64,000 nucleotides of DNA. Source: Promethearchaeota archaeon (GTDB lineage Archaea; Asgardarchaeota; Lokiarchaeia; Sigyniarchaeales; SOKP01). A program made the translations under genes and the position numbers. The notes under the pieces are model-generated. The model did no database searches, was not told the origin of the DNA, and was given only the letters and a program-made list of their open reading frames with translations. The stretch covers positions 160,001 to 224,000 of the forward strand of contig JBHLNF010000005.1 in NCBI GenBank assembly GCA_048937405.1, written 5' to 3'. Every line of letters starts with the position of its first letter. The first letter of the stretch is position 1. This document shows positions 20,750 to 30,570 of the stretch, one piece after another.

Positions 20750-21922
20750 TTGTTATTTATGGGTATTCATTACATAAATATTTGTTTTGTAAATCCTGGT
20801 ATCAACATTAGACGCCCTATCTCTTTAATAATGAGTTTATTAGAGAAAAATAAATATAAAATATCCATTTTAACCCCCAGAGAAAAATCTAGTGTCAGAA
20901 GAGAAAATACAAGGCATTACGATGATTTTAAAGATATAAATTTACTAACATACCCTATATGGACAAAATCGTCAGGATTCATTTGGCCAATTCCCGTTAA
21001 TTTGGATTTTATTAAAAAAACTTGGAAGATATTAAAAGAAAATGATATAATTCATGTATGGGTTCCATTTTATCCTAATACATTTATAGTTTGTTTATTA
21101 AAACTCTTATTTTTCAGAAAGAAAAAATTAATTCTAACAATGGACACATTTCCAGCATACTCTTTTAAAGTATCATCATTATTGGATGTATTGTTTAAAT
21201 TCTTTTTTAAGACTTTAGGAAAACTTGCTTTTATTGCATCTAATTATATTTTAGTTTATGGAGACTCATTTGTTAAACATGCTGAAAGCTCAGGAGTACC
21301 TAAAAGGAAGATAAAAGTTACTCCTACTGGAATCCAACTTAATCCTAAATCTTCAGATATAAATATTAGTAATTTACTAAATATTAAGAATAATGAAAAG
21401 ATTGTTTTATTTATTGGAATTCATAATAAAAGGAAAGGAATTGATACAATTATAAAAACAGCATCTTTATTGAGAGATGAAGACATTAGATTTATATTAA
21501 TAGGCGATGGTCCAGAAAGAGAGAAATTAATTAAATTGGTTTCAACTTTAGAATTATCTGAAAAGATTAATTTTTTAGGAAATCGTCTAGATGTTCATAA
21601 TTTTTATAACCATGCAGATATTTTTTTTTTCCCTAGTAGAGGTGAAGGATTGCCTGGTGTTTTAATGGAAGCAATGATTTATCAAGTCCCTATTATATCA
21701 AGTAATATTTCGGGTGTAAGAGATTTAATAGAACACATGAAAAACGGAATTTTATGTAAAACAGAAGATATAATCTGTTATAAAAATGCTATAAATTTAC
21801 TTTTAAGAGACCAAAAAATAAGAAATAGATTTAAAAAGAACGGATTAGATATGATAAAAACTAATTATATGTGGAAAAAAAATTTTCTAAAATTTGAATC
21901 TATCTATAAAAAGTTAGTTTAA
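20750..21922 (+). CDS. glycosyltransferase family 4
   Basis: RKG, IGDGPE, FPSRGEGLPGVLMEAM (ExxxxxxxE); ATG at 20759 may be the true start. Confidence 0.9.
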   Translation: MLFMGIHYINICFVNPGINIRRPISLIMSLLEKNKYKISILTPREKSSVRRENTRHYDDFKDINLLTYPIWTKSSGFIWPIPVNLDFIKKTWKILKENDIIHVWVPFYPNTFIVCLLKLLFFRKKKLILTMDTFPAYSFKVSSLLDVLFKFFFKTLGKLAFIASNYILVYGDSFVKHAESSGVPKRKIKVTPTGIQLNPKSSDINISNLLNIKNNEKIVLFIGIHNKRKGIDTIIKTASLLRDEDIRFILIGDGPEREKLIKLVSTLELSEKINFLGNRLDVHNFYNHADIFFFPSRGEGLPGVLMEAMIYQVPIISSNISGVRDLIEHMKNGILCKTEDIICYKNAINLLLRDQKIRNRFKKNGLDMIKTNYMWKKNFLKFESIYKKLV

Positions 21923-22097
21923 AGTAAAGATTTCTAATATTTAAAATCATCAATTCTGTTCAATCATAGATTTTTCACACAAAAATCATTAGTAATGATG
22001 ATCACTAATTAAAATTTGAATAAATCATCTTTTTCTAAATAAAATCATTGTTGAATTTGAGTGAATTTCAATATAAAATTCATAATTCTGATTAATT

Positions 22098-23741
22098 TTA
22101 TTTTCTAGTAAATTTCTTAGTAAAGTTTAAACTTTTAAATAAAATTTTATCAAAGAATCTCTTTTTGTCTAAAAGAGACTGGAAATAAGATATATCAGAA
22201 GAAGTAACTGTTCTTAACAAGTAATTTGTTATAATAAAGAGAATAAAAAATGTAAAAATTGATAAGAAATCAAAATTCTTAAAGAGTGAAAATCCTAGAA
22301 GTAGAATAAACCCTTCAGCTGCATTTTTGAATATAAATTCCTTTAGAATTATTGTAATAGACAAAGGAATGAAAAATGTTATGTATTGAATTGCAATTTT
22401 TTTGATAATCAATTTAATTTTCCCAAATTTATATGTTGAATAGATTTGAATTATCATTGAAATAATATTTCCTATTATCAATCCATAGATAATTGCTCCT
22501 TCTACTCCAAAAAAGTAAAGCCCAATAAAAAATAATGGAATACTAATCGAAGTATAAATTATTCTTAAGATTAAGGTTAACTTTACTTTATGTTGAGCAT
22601 TTAAATGACTTTGTACAAATATCATGAGAATTTTGAAAATAGATGCAAGTACCATTAATCGAAGAAAATTTGAGTAAATTAACCGGTCTTCAAGAAATAC
22701 AAAATCTATAACAAATTCCACGCTAAAAAAAAGGACGCCTGACATAATTAGCAAAAGAAATAAGGTTACTCTATAAGTAATTCTAAAAATCTCTTCTATT
22801 TGCTTATAACTTTGTTTCGTGTTTAATGATGTAAAAGAGGTTAATAGTGGAAAATTAAAAGAATGAACAGCATAATCATTCAATTTTTGATAGTTTTGTG
22901 CAATATTATATCCCGTAACAACATCACTGGAGATTATATACCCAATTCCTTGAACTTGTGATTGGGTCCAAATTCTATCAATAAGATCATTGAGGCTCAT
23001 ATATCCACCATATTTAAATGTTTTAGAAACATCTTCCTTAAATGAATCTGTTTTGTTTCTCGTTAGTTTAATTTTATTAACCATTATAAAGACAAAAATA
23101 GAATTAAATATAAACGGAATTAAGCTTGAAATTAAAACTATCCATGCTGCAATTTCAATCTTAATTTCAATACTATTTATCCAAAAAATAATTAAAGGGA
23201 TAATATGTATCGTATTTTTTACTATTAAAAAAAGGAAATTATAATTAAACTTATTGAAACCACGATTAATGGCTTCTACTATATTATTCATATTATTTAT
23301 TAAAATACAAGGACTCAAAATAAAGAAAAGAGATACTAAAGTTTCTACAAGAAAATTAGAAAATAGAATAAAAATCAAAATACTGATAATAAAAATAGGA
23401 AATAGAAAAATCAGTTTTATTATAATAGTGTTTCGGATTAATGATTTCACCTTGGATCTTTCATTTAAGGCAAAATATCTTGGAATATAATAATTTAGAG
23501 TAAAATTGAGACCTGGAGGTAATAGGGATGTTATAGTTACTAAAATCATAATAATTGATGTGGCCATTATGAGAAGGCCCCAAATATCATCTACAAATAA
23601 ACGGGCTAAAAGAAAAGAATAGATAAAAGTGAAAAATAACGAGCTATAATTAAACAAAAATGAAAAGAAAGTATTTGTCGCCAAATTTCTGTATTCTGAA
23701 TTACCATTTGAATTTTTATTTTTATTATCTGAGTTTTCCAT
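22098..23741 (-). CDS. oligosaccharide flippase (Wzx/MOP family)
   Basis: About 14 TM, NLATNTFFS..LLARL start, GYNIA, GVEGAI; glycan locus. Confidence 0.75.
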   Translation of the reverse strand: MENSDNKNKNSNGNSEYRNLATNTFFSFLFNYSSLFFTFIYSFLLARLFVDDIWGLLIMATSIIMILVTITSLLPPGLNFTLNYYIPRYFALNERSKVKSLIRNTIIIKLIFLFPIFIISILIFILFSNFLVETLVSLFFILSPCILINNMNNIVEAINRGFNKFNYNFLFLIVKNTIHIIPLIIFWINSIEIKIEIAAWIVLISSLIPFIFNSIFVFIMVNKIKLTRNKTDSFKEDVSKTFKYGGYMSLNDLIDRIWTQSQVQGIGYIISSDVVTGYNIAQNYQKLNDYAVHSFNFPLLTSFTSLNTKQSYKQIEEIFRITYRVTLFLLLIMSGVLFFSVEFVIDFVFLEDRLIYSNFLRLMVLASIFKILMIFVQSHLNAQHKVKLTLILRIIYTSISIPLFFIGLYFFGVEGAIIYGLIIGNIISMIIQIYSTYKFGKIKLIIKKIAIQYITFFIPLSITIILKEFIFKNAAEGFILLLGFSLFKNFDFLSIFTFFILFIITNYLLRTVTSSDISYFQSLLDKKRFFDKILFKSLNFTKKFTRK

Positions 23742-24060
23742 GTCGAAAATTAAATTATTAATTTGAATAAATTAAGGGAAAAAATAGTAAGTCTCAAATT
23801 AAATTTATGGTTTGGGAAAGTTTAATATATCTTTTTAAGAAGCTAATTAAATTTACTATTCATATTATACTATAAATTTTATTAAAGAAAAGTTTAATAG
23901 GATAACGCTAAATTTTTATTTTTTACCTTTTTTCCCCTAGTTCTTTGACTTCTATAAATATTATAAGATTTTAATCCTTAATCTCATCATAAAGGATGAA
24001 AACCAATTAATATTAATTTTAAATAAAATTAAAATAATAAGCTTTTTAATCTTTATAGAA

Positions 24061-25227
24061 ATGAAATTAGATATATCAAAGAATCTGCATTCAAATCAAG
24101 AATTTAACAAAACTATGAAATTACAATATAAACCTAAAATTGGTATATTTACTAAACCAATCGACCAAGGTACAAGTGGTAGTGGGAGTTATTTAAGGCA
24201 GTTAGTGAATCAGATTCTAAAATTAAATAAAAAATTTAATATTGTTCTTATACATCATTCTAAAAATGATAATGAAGTGTATAAGAAAGCGAAAGATTTA
24301 ATTATTTCAAAAAATCCATTATTTGCTTATATAAAACTTAAAAAAGAAAATTTTGATCTACTTCATTATTATCCATTAACTATAACTTCTCCAATTTGGA
24401 TAAAAAAACCAAAAAAAGTTACTTCTGTTCATGGAGGTGGAGCAGCAGAGCTTTACTTTCCAAGTCAGTTTAGCTATATAAAACGGTTACATTCTAAATT
24501 AATTAAACCTAAATTTTTTAGGAAAATGGATTATATTTTTGTAGGATCTAATATTGGAAAAAAATTTCTTACACGTCAATATAATGTGAAAGAAGATAAA
24601 ATATTTTTTACTTATAGTGCGGTAAATGAAGATTTCAGAATTTATGAAAATAAACCTATCGAAATTAAGAAAAAATATGGAATTGAGGGGCCATTTATTT
24701 TCCATCTAAGTAAATTCTCAGAGAGAAAAAATCCATGGACAATAATGAAAGCTTTTCAAAAAGTAAAAATAATTAATGATAAGATTAAGTTAGTACTAGG
24801 AGGAAAAGGTTGGAAAAATATAAAAGTTATTGATTTTGCCAGAAAGAATGAAATTTTTAAAGATATCATATTTACTGGTTTTATTCCCCAAGAAGATCTT
24901 ATTCATCTTTTAAATTTAGCTGATGTCTTTGTTTTCCCCTCGTTTTTTGAAGGCTTTGGTATACCTAATTTGGAAGCAATGGCATGTGGTTGTCCAGTAA
25001 TTACTTCAAATGCCTTCGCAATACGAGAAATTGTAGGGGATGCCGCACTACTTTTAGAAGATAATTCAAATCCTGAAGAGTTAGCAAAAAAAATAATTTT
25101 ATTAATTAGTGATAAAAAATTACGAGATGAATTTATTAAAAAAGGTCTAGCAAGATTAAAATTATTCTCGTGGGAAAAAAGTGCCCAGACAGTATTAAAA
25201 ATATATGAAAGATGCTTGAACCTATAA
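24061..25227 (+). CDS. glycosyltransferase family 4
   Basis: ERKN, FTGFIP, FVFPSFFEGFGIPNLEAMACGCPVITSN, FSWEKSA. Confidence 0.92.
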   Translation: MKLDISKNLHSNQEFNKTMKLQYKPKIGIFTKPIDQGTSGSGSYLRQLVNQILKLNKKFNIVLIHHSKNDNEVYKKAKDLIISKNPLFAYIKLKKENFDLLHYYPLTITSPIWIKKPKKVTSVHGGGAAELYFPSQFSYIKRLHSKLIKPKFFRKMDYIFVGSNIGKKFLTRQYNVKEDKIFFTYSAVNEDFRIYENKPIEIKKKYGIEGPFIFHLSKFSERKNPWTIMKAFQKVKIINDKIKLVLGGKGWKNIKVIDFARKNEIFKDIIFTGFIPQEDLIHLLNLADVFVFPSFFEGFGIPNLEAMACGCPVITSNAFAIREIVGDAALLLEDNSNPEELAKKIILLISDKKLRDEFIKKGLARLKLFSWEKSAQTVLKIYERCLNL

Positions 25228-25491
25228 TTATCTCTTTTAAATTCTTTTTTTTAGAAAATATATTTAATTTTCTATTTATTTAAAAATCTAATCCCTTAGA
25301 TTTAATAGATATTTTTTCAACCTCTTAAATTCATGTTTAAAGTAAAAAGTTCTATCAATTTTTAACATCAATATTTGAAAAATTGATAAATATTGGAAGG
25401 TTTTATCCTTTAGAAAACTGAATCTATTACCATGATTAAAATTATAAACTTTCTAATTTTTATACATTTAATAACTATTTTTTAGTGAAAT

Positions 25492-26310
25492 ATGCCGAGA
25501 GAAAGTTTTAAAGAATTTAGACAAATTATTCAAGGAACAAAACTTGAAAAACAAAGAAAAAAGAAAGATTGGTGGCATTGGATTTACAGATTTTTCTCAA
25601 GATATATTACTTGGGTTCTTGTAAAAACCCCTATTTCTGCTAATATTATTACAATTACAGGAATATTGATTGGGTTAATAGGATTATTCTTAATAGGAAT
25701 AGGAAATAATTTTTTAATAATTTTTGGATTTATTTTATTATATATTTATTACTTATCTGATGAAGTTGATGGTGAAGTCGCTAGATATAAGAAACAAACA
25801 TCTTCACGAGGTATATATTATGATGAAATCGGACATTTATTCTTTCAAGGATGGTTTTTCTTTTCTTTTGGATACAGTATTTATAGGCTCAATTTTGAGT
25901 TTATGTATATTTTTCTTGCATTTATCGCAACTTTTTTCCTAATAGGAATTAGAACAGTTAGGAAAATATCCATCATAGCATTTGCTAAAGGTAATATTAA
26001 AAAAGGGAATGAAATTAAAACAAGAGGAGACGAAGAAAAATCCTCAAAAAAATCTTTTATTAAATTAGTTAAAAGTATATCTATCAATCTAGTAAATGGT
26101 TTTAGTCATACACACATGATAACAACAATGTTTTTTGTTGGATTCTTATTATATATCTATTTTGAAATTATTTGGGTAATAGAACTTTTGATGATTAGCT
26201 ACGTTCTATTTCTACTTTTTGTATTTCTAACATTTATGATTTTAAAAGCTAGAACTATTGAAAAAGATGCTCGAAAACATTATGAAAAAAAATTCTTGGA
26301 AAATCCATAA
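25492..26310 (+). CDS. CDP-alcohol phosphotransferase family membrane protein
   Basis: SANIIT, DEVDGEVAR...SSRG.YYD signature. Confidence 0.85.
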   Translation: MPRESFKEFRQIIQGTKLEKQRKKKDWWHWIYRFFSRYITWVLVKTPISANIITITGILIGLIGLFLIGIGNNFLIIFGFILLYIYYLSDEVDGEVARYKKQTSSRGIYYDEIGHLFFQGWFFFSFGYSIYRLNFEFMYIFLAFIATFFLIGIRTVRKISIIAFAKGNIKKGNEIKTRGDEEKSSKKSFIKLVKSISINLVNGFSHTHMITTMFFVGFLLYIYFEIIWVIELLMISYVLFLLFVFLTFMILKARTIEKDARKHYEKKFLENP

Positions 26311-26343
26311 TAAGTTTGAATTAAAAATTACGAAGGCATTTTA

Positions 26344-27849
26344 ATGAATATTTTTTGGATTGTTACTGACTCAATTTGCAATTATGAAAGGTCTGATTTA
26401 CATGGTTTACTTCCGACCTATAATAAATTAAAAAATGAAAATGAAGGTTTTTATTTTGAAGATTGTATCTCTCAATTTCCTTCAACAAATTTATCACTTT
26501 TATCATTTCTAACAGGTAGATTTCCTTATTATATATTCCCTGACTACTATCGTTCAATTAAGAATTTGCCCAGTTTGAAATATAAGAATTTTATTGCACC
26601 ATTGAAACAAGAGAATTACAGAGTTCAATCAATTTTTTTTGGTAGAGAACAAGCTGTAATTTTAAAAGAAATTCTCAATCCATTTTATGAAACAGATATG
26701 TATAAAGGAGATCACTGGCTGGATGCTAAGGAAGTATATCAATATTTTATTCAGAAAGTTGAAAAATTTCAGCCTGATGAAAAAAACTTTTTATTCACGT
26801 TTTTTAGACCAAGTGGCCCTCAAACAGATAAATATTTAAGGAAAATAATAGAATATTTAAAAAAGAATAATTATTGGGAAAATTCAGTAATAATCATCAA
26901 TTCGGATCATGGATATTATGATAAGAATTTATATAAGAAGACTAAATTACTCCATTTTGATGATATTCATCAATCATCGATGCAACCTGTTTTATTTATT
27001 AAATTACCAACGAGTTTGACTTTATCTCAGCCCAAGATAATAGAAAATAGGACATATTTAATTGATCTGATGGAGACGATTCTGGATTATCTAAATATTA
27101 AGATTTCTCATGAGAGGGATTCAATTTCTTTCAAAGATTTAATTGAAAAGGATATTGATGTGAACAATCAGAGAATAATCCGAGGAGATTGCTATTTAAT
27201 GTTCCAAGCAATTAAAAGAACTATGATAATAAAATCTAATTGGAAATTAGTAAATAATAATGGAATATTTTCATTATACAATTTATCTGAAGATCACTTA
27301 GAAAGAAAAGATATAAAAAACCAATATAATAAGATTTACAATGAACTATATCAATTCTATTTAATGACAGAATTGAAGGCATATAAGGTATTTGAATCAC
27401 TACTCTTTTCTCTTTATGATAAGAGTATATTACCAAAATTAAAATTATCAAAAATTTTTATTCCTAAACAATTTCCTCCTCAACTTGTAAGATTTCTCAA
27501 AGAAAATCTAGCGAAAAATAACATCATTATAAATAGTCAAGATCTAAATGAACTTCAATTAAACGATGATCAAAAACTTACTACTATACTCTTTTATAAC
27601 AGACTAACTGGAATTAGATTAAGCAAATTAATAAGAAAATATAAAGAACAAACCAAGCGATTCATAATTTTGGACACAGAATTAAATGAAGTTTCTGATC
27701 AATTAAATCAAACTGGGTACTTAAAATTCGTACTCAGATCAATTTGGGTCCGGAGAAAACTCTTATTTCAAAGATGGAAGGAGATTGTTGTTTGGATTTT
27801 ATATTTCCCATTATATTTCAACAAGCATGCAAGAAAATATTACAAATAA
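26344..27849 (+). CDS. sulfatase-fold (alkaline phosphatase superfamily) hydrolase/transferase
   Basis: NIFWIVTDS, FPST..S...TGR, IINSDHG, LYNL..D..E; lacks the C/SxPxR formylglycine motif. Confidence 0.75.
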   Translation: MNIFWIVTDSICNYERSDLHGLLPTYNKLKNENEGFYFEDCISQFPSTNLSLLSFLTGRFPYYIFPDYYRSIKNLPSLKYKNFIAPLKQENYRVQSIFFGREQAVILKEILNPFYETDMYKGDHWLDAKEVYQYFIQKVEKFQPDEKNFLFTFFRPSGPQTDKYLRKIIEYLKKNNYWENSVIIINSDHGYYDKNLYKKTKLLHFDDIHQSSMQPVLFIKLPTSLTLSQPKIIENRTYLIDLMETILDYLNIKISHERDSISFKDLIEKDIDVNNQRIIRGDCYLMFQAIKRTMIIKSNWKLVNNNGIFSLYNLSEDHLERKDIKNQYNKIYNELYQFYLMTELKAYKVFESLLFSLYDKSILPKLKLSKIFIPKQFPPQLVRFLKENLAKNNIIINSQDLNELQLNDDQKLTTILFYNRLTGIRLSKLIRKYKEQTKRFIILDTELNEVSDQLNQTGYLKFVLRSIWVRRKLLFQRWKEIVVWILYFPLYFNKHARKYYK

Positions 27850-28126
27850 CTAATTCTTGGTTTTTCTCGGGAACTTATTGAATTATAAAAAATTAATTTT
27901 AACTTTCTTAAGACTTTTTTTAGAGAAATTAATGAGAAAGAAAAGATAATTAAAGTTAGGATAATAATAGTTTAGATATCCAATAAAAGGATGAATAAAG
28001 TAACTCCTTACCTATATAAGACTTCATAAGTTTCGAGATAACAAAAAGAATATATAAATATCAAATCTCTAAAAGTTTATATAGGTAACCGTACTTGTAA
28101 GGTTATTAAACTTTTCATGTAATTAT

Positions 28127-29050
28127 ATGCCGAAACAAAAATTTTCTGATCCTGAAGAAATTAAGAAGATTTATGAGAGTGTTAAAAAAATCGGATATAA
28201 AAAAACATCTGAGAAATTTAATGAGCATATTTCACTTCTAGAGCGAATTGTAAGAAGATATGAAGAAAACAAGGAAGTAAAAAAGATGAAAGTAATTATT
28301 ATAGCCGCGGGTCCAAGTACAAGATTAAGACCCTTAACTGAATATAAGCCAAAATGTTTATTAGAAATTGAAGAAAAAAGCATTCTTGAACGTATAATAG
28401 AAATTTTTAAATATTTTGGTCTTGATAACTTTGTAATTATTCGAGGATATCAAAAAGAAAAAATTGATTTACCAAATATTTCCTACTATGATAATGATGA
28501 TTACTATAACAATAATATTCTCGAATCATTGTTTTACGCTGAGGAGGCAATGAAAGATGGATTTATTTTCACCTATTCAGATATATTGTACAGTAAAAAT
28601 GTCGTTAAAAAATTATTAGATTCCCCTCATGATTTTAGTTTTATCGTAGATACTGATTGGAGGAAAAGATATGAAGGACGCACAAAACATCCTACAGACG
28701 AAGCTGAATTAGTTATTGTAGAAGATGGGAAAATAAAACATCTATCAAAATTTTATAATCCAGATATTGCTTACGGAGAATTCATAGGACTTGGTAAATT
28801 TACAAAAAAAGCGGCAGAAATTTTAAGCCGTAACTATAATCGTGCAAAATACAATAAAACTTGTAAATTTGAGGGAAGATTTCATGATGCAACGACTATG
28901 CAAAAAGCATACTTAACAGATATGCTTGAAGAACTTATTTTTCGAGGATATTCAATGCATTCGGTTGACATTCAAGGAGAATGGGTAGAAATGGATACCG
29001 AGGAAGATTATGAATATGCTAAAGAATTAATAAAAAATGGAAAAATATAA
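28127..29050 (+). CDS. phosphonate/phosphocholine cytidylyltransferase (LicC/PntC-like) with about 53-aa N-terminal extension
   Basis: IIAAGPSTRL.PLT...PKCLL, YSDIL, GEFIG, WVEMDT.ED. Confidence 0.82.
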   Translation: MPKQKFSDPEEIKKIYESVKKIGYKKTSEKFNEHISLLERIVRRYEENKEVKKMKVIIIAAGPSTRLRPLTEYKPKCLLEIEEKSILERIIEIFKYFGLDNFVIIRGYQKEKIDLPNISYYDNDDYYNNNILESLFYAEEAMKDGFIFTYSDILYSKNVVKKLLDSPHDFSFIVDTDWRKRYEGRTKHPTDEAELVIVEDGKIKHLSKFYNPDIAYGEFIGLGKFTKKAAEILSRNYNRAKYNKTCKFEGRFHDATTMQKAYLTDMLEELIFRGYSMHSVDIQGEWVEMDTEEDYEYAKELIKNGKI

Positions 29051-29067
29051 AATTAGGTTAAAAAAAT

Positions 29068-30399
29068 ATGAGCGAAGTTGAAATTACTAATAATAAAAAT
29101 GAAATTAAAAAAGCATTTGATACTGGTTATAAACTAGCCAATTGGCGAATGCGAATATTTTTTACTGGTTGGATTACTTACATGATTTACTATATAGGAC
29201 GAAATAATTATGGAGTAGCAAAACCATTTATCATGAATGAATTTGGATATACTGCTACTTTAATGGGAGTTGTGAGTTCTATCTTTCTTATTGCATATGC
29301 ATTTGGACAATTCTTTAATGGTTTTTTAGGTGACAAAATCGGTGCCAGACGCTTTATTACATTAGGATTAATTGTATCATCAGTTTTAAATTTGATGATG
29401 GGAGTTGCATTTGACTTTATTTGGGTAGCTTTTCTTTTTTGGGGTTTAAATGGCTATTTTCAATCAATGGGATGGGCACCTTCAGTGAAAACAATTGCTA
29501 ATTGGCATCCTGCTGAAGAAAGAGGTAAATGGTCTAGTAGACTTGCCACTTCATATCTACTTGGGGGAGTTCTATCATGGGGTATCGCCATTCTTATTAC
29601 TGATACATTTAGTCTAGATTGGCGTTATTCTTTTATTATTCCAGGAATTATAATGTTTCTCATGACGTTTCATTTTTATTTCCGTATTAGAAATGCCCCT
29701 GAAGAGGTTGGTTTACCAACTTTGGAAGAAGAATGTGAAGGTGTAATAGTAATGGGTGACTGCCGTCCAGATGAATTTGTAGGCTTTAAATATATTTTTA
29801 ATACAGTAATTAAAACTAAAACTGTTCTTTTTGCAGCTTTTGGATTATTTTGCCTAAATATAGTTCGATATGGGTTAACTGATTGGCTCCCATATTTATT
29901 AAGTCCTGAAATAACAGGTGCAGAAGAATTTGGTACTTGGAAATCAATTTTTTACCCTATTGGAGGTACATTTGGTGTCATTGTTGCTGCATGGATTTCA
30001 AATAAATATCTTAAAAAAAGAAGAATACCTGTAGTTTGTGCTCTTTTTCTGACTTTAGGATTAACATTATTCATATATACTTTCCTACCTCCACTTGATA
30101 TGGTTTTTGGAATTCCTGTATTGATGTTAATTGGTTTCTTAAATTTTGGACCTCATGCACTTTTAGTTTCTACAATACCCATGGAATTTGGGACAAGAAA
30201 AGCATCATCTGCAGCTACAGGATTTATTGATGGTGTTGGTTATATAGGAGCCGCTATTACAACTTTTTCCTCAGGAGCTCTTATTGATGCTGCTGGTTCT
30301 GGAGCTGCTTTTTTACTCTGGATTATAGTTGCACTAATAGGAGGTTTAGTCCTATTATTAGATTGGAAAAGTATACCAGAAAGAAGAGAATATGTTTAA
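29068..30399 (+). CDS. MFS organophosphate transporter (GlpT/UhpC, OPA family)
   Basis: 12 TM; YYIGR.NY, G.LGDKIG.R, W....ERG, VRYG, GFIDG.GY. Confidence 0.85.
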   Translation: MSEVEITNNKNEIKKAFDTGYKLANWRMRIFFTGWITYMIYYIGRNNYGVAKPFIMNEFGYTATLMGVVSSIFLIAYAFGQFFNGFLGDKIGARRFITLGLIVSSVLNLMMGVAFDFIWVAFLFWGLNGYFQSMGWAPSVKTIANWHPAEERGKWSSRLATSYLLGGVLSWGIAILITDTFSLDWRYSFIIPGIIMFLMTFHFYFRIRNAPEEVGLPTLEEECEGVIVMGDCRPDEFVGFKYIFNTVIKTKTVLFAAFGLFCLNIVRYGLTDWLPYLLSPEITGAEEFGTWKSIFYPIGGTFGVIVAAWISNKYLKKRRIPVVCALFLTLGLTLFIYTFLPPLDMVFGIPVLMLIGFLNFGPHALLVSTIPMEFGTRKASSAATGFIDGVGYIGAAITTFSSGALIDAAGSGAAFLLWIIVALIGGLVLLLDWKSIPERREYV

Positions 30400-30570
30400 A
30401 CAAAAATATATATTTTTTTTTATTAATTATTTTATAGATAATTCTAATTAATCTCGATAAATTTATTTAGTTAAATTATAAAGAATTTATTGATAATGGA
30501 TTCAATTTTTATTCAAAAATAACTATATATTATTAGATCATGCTTAATCAAATATTTAAATCAAACTAAG

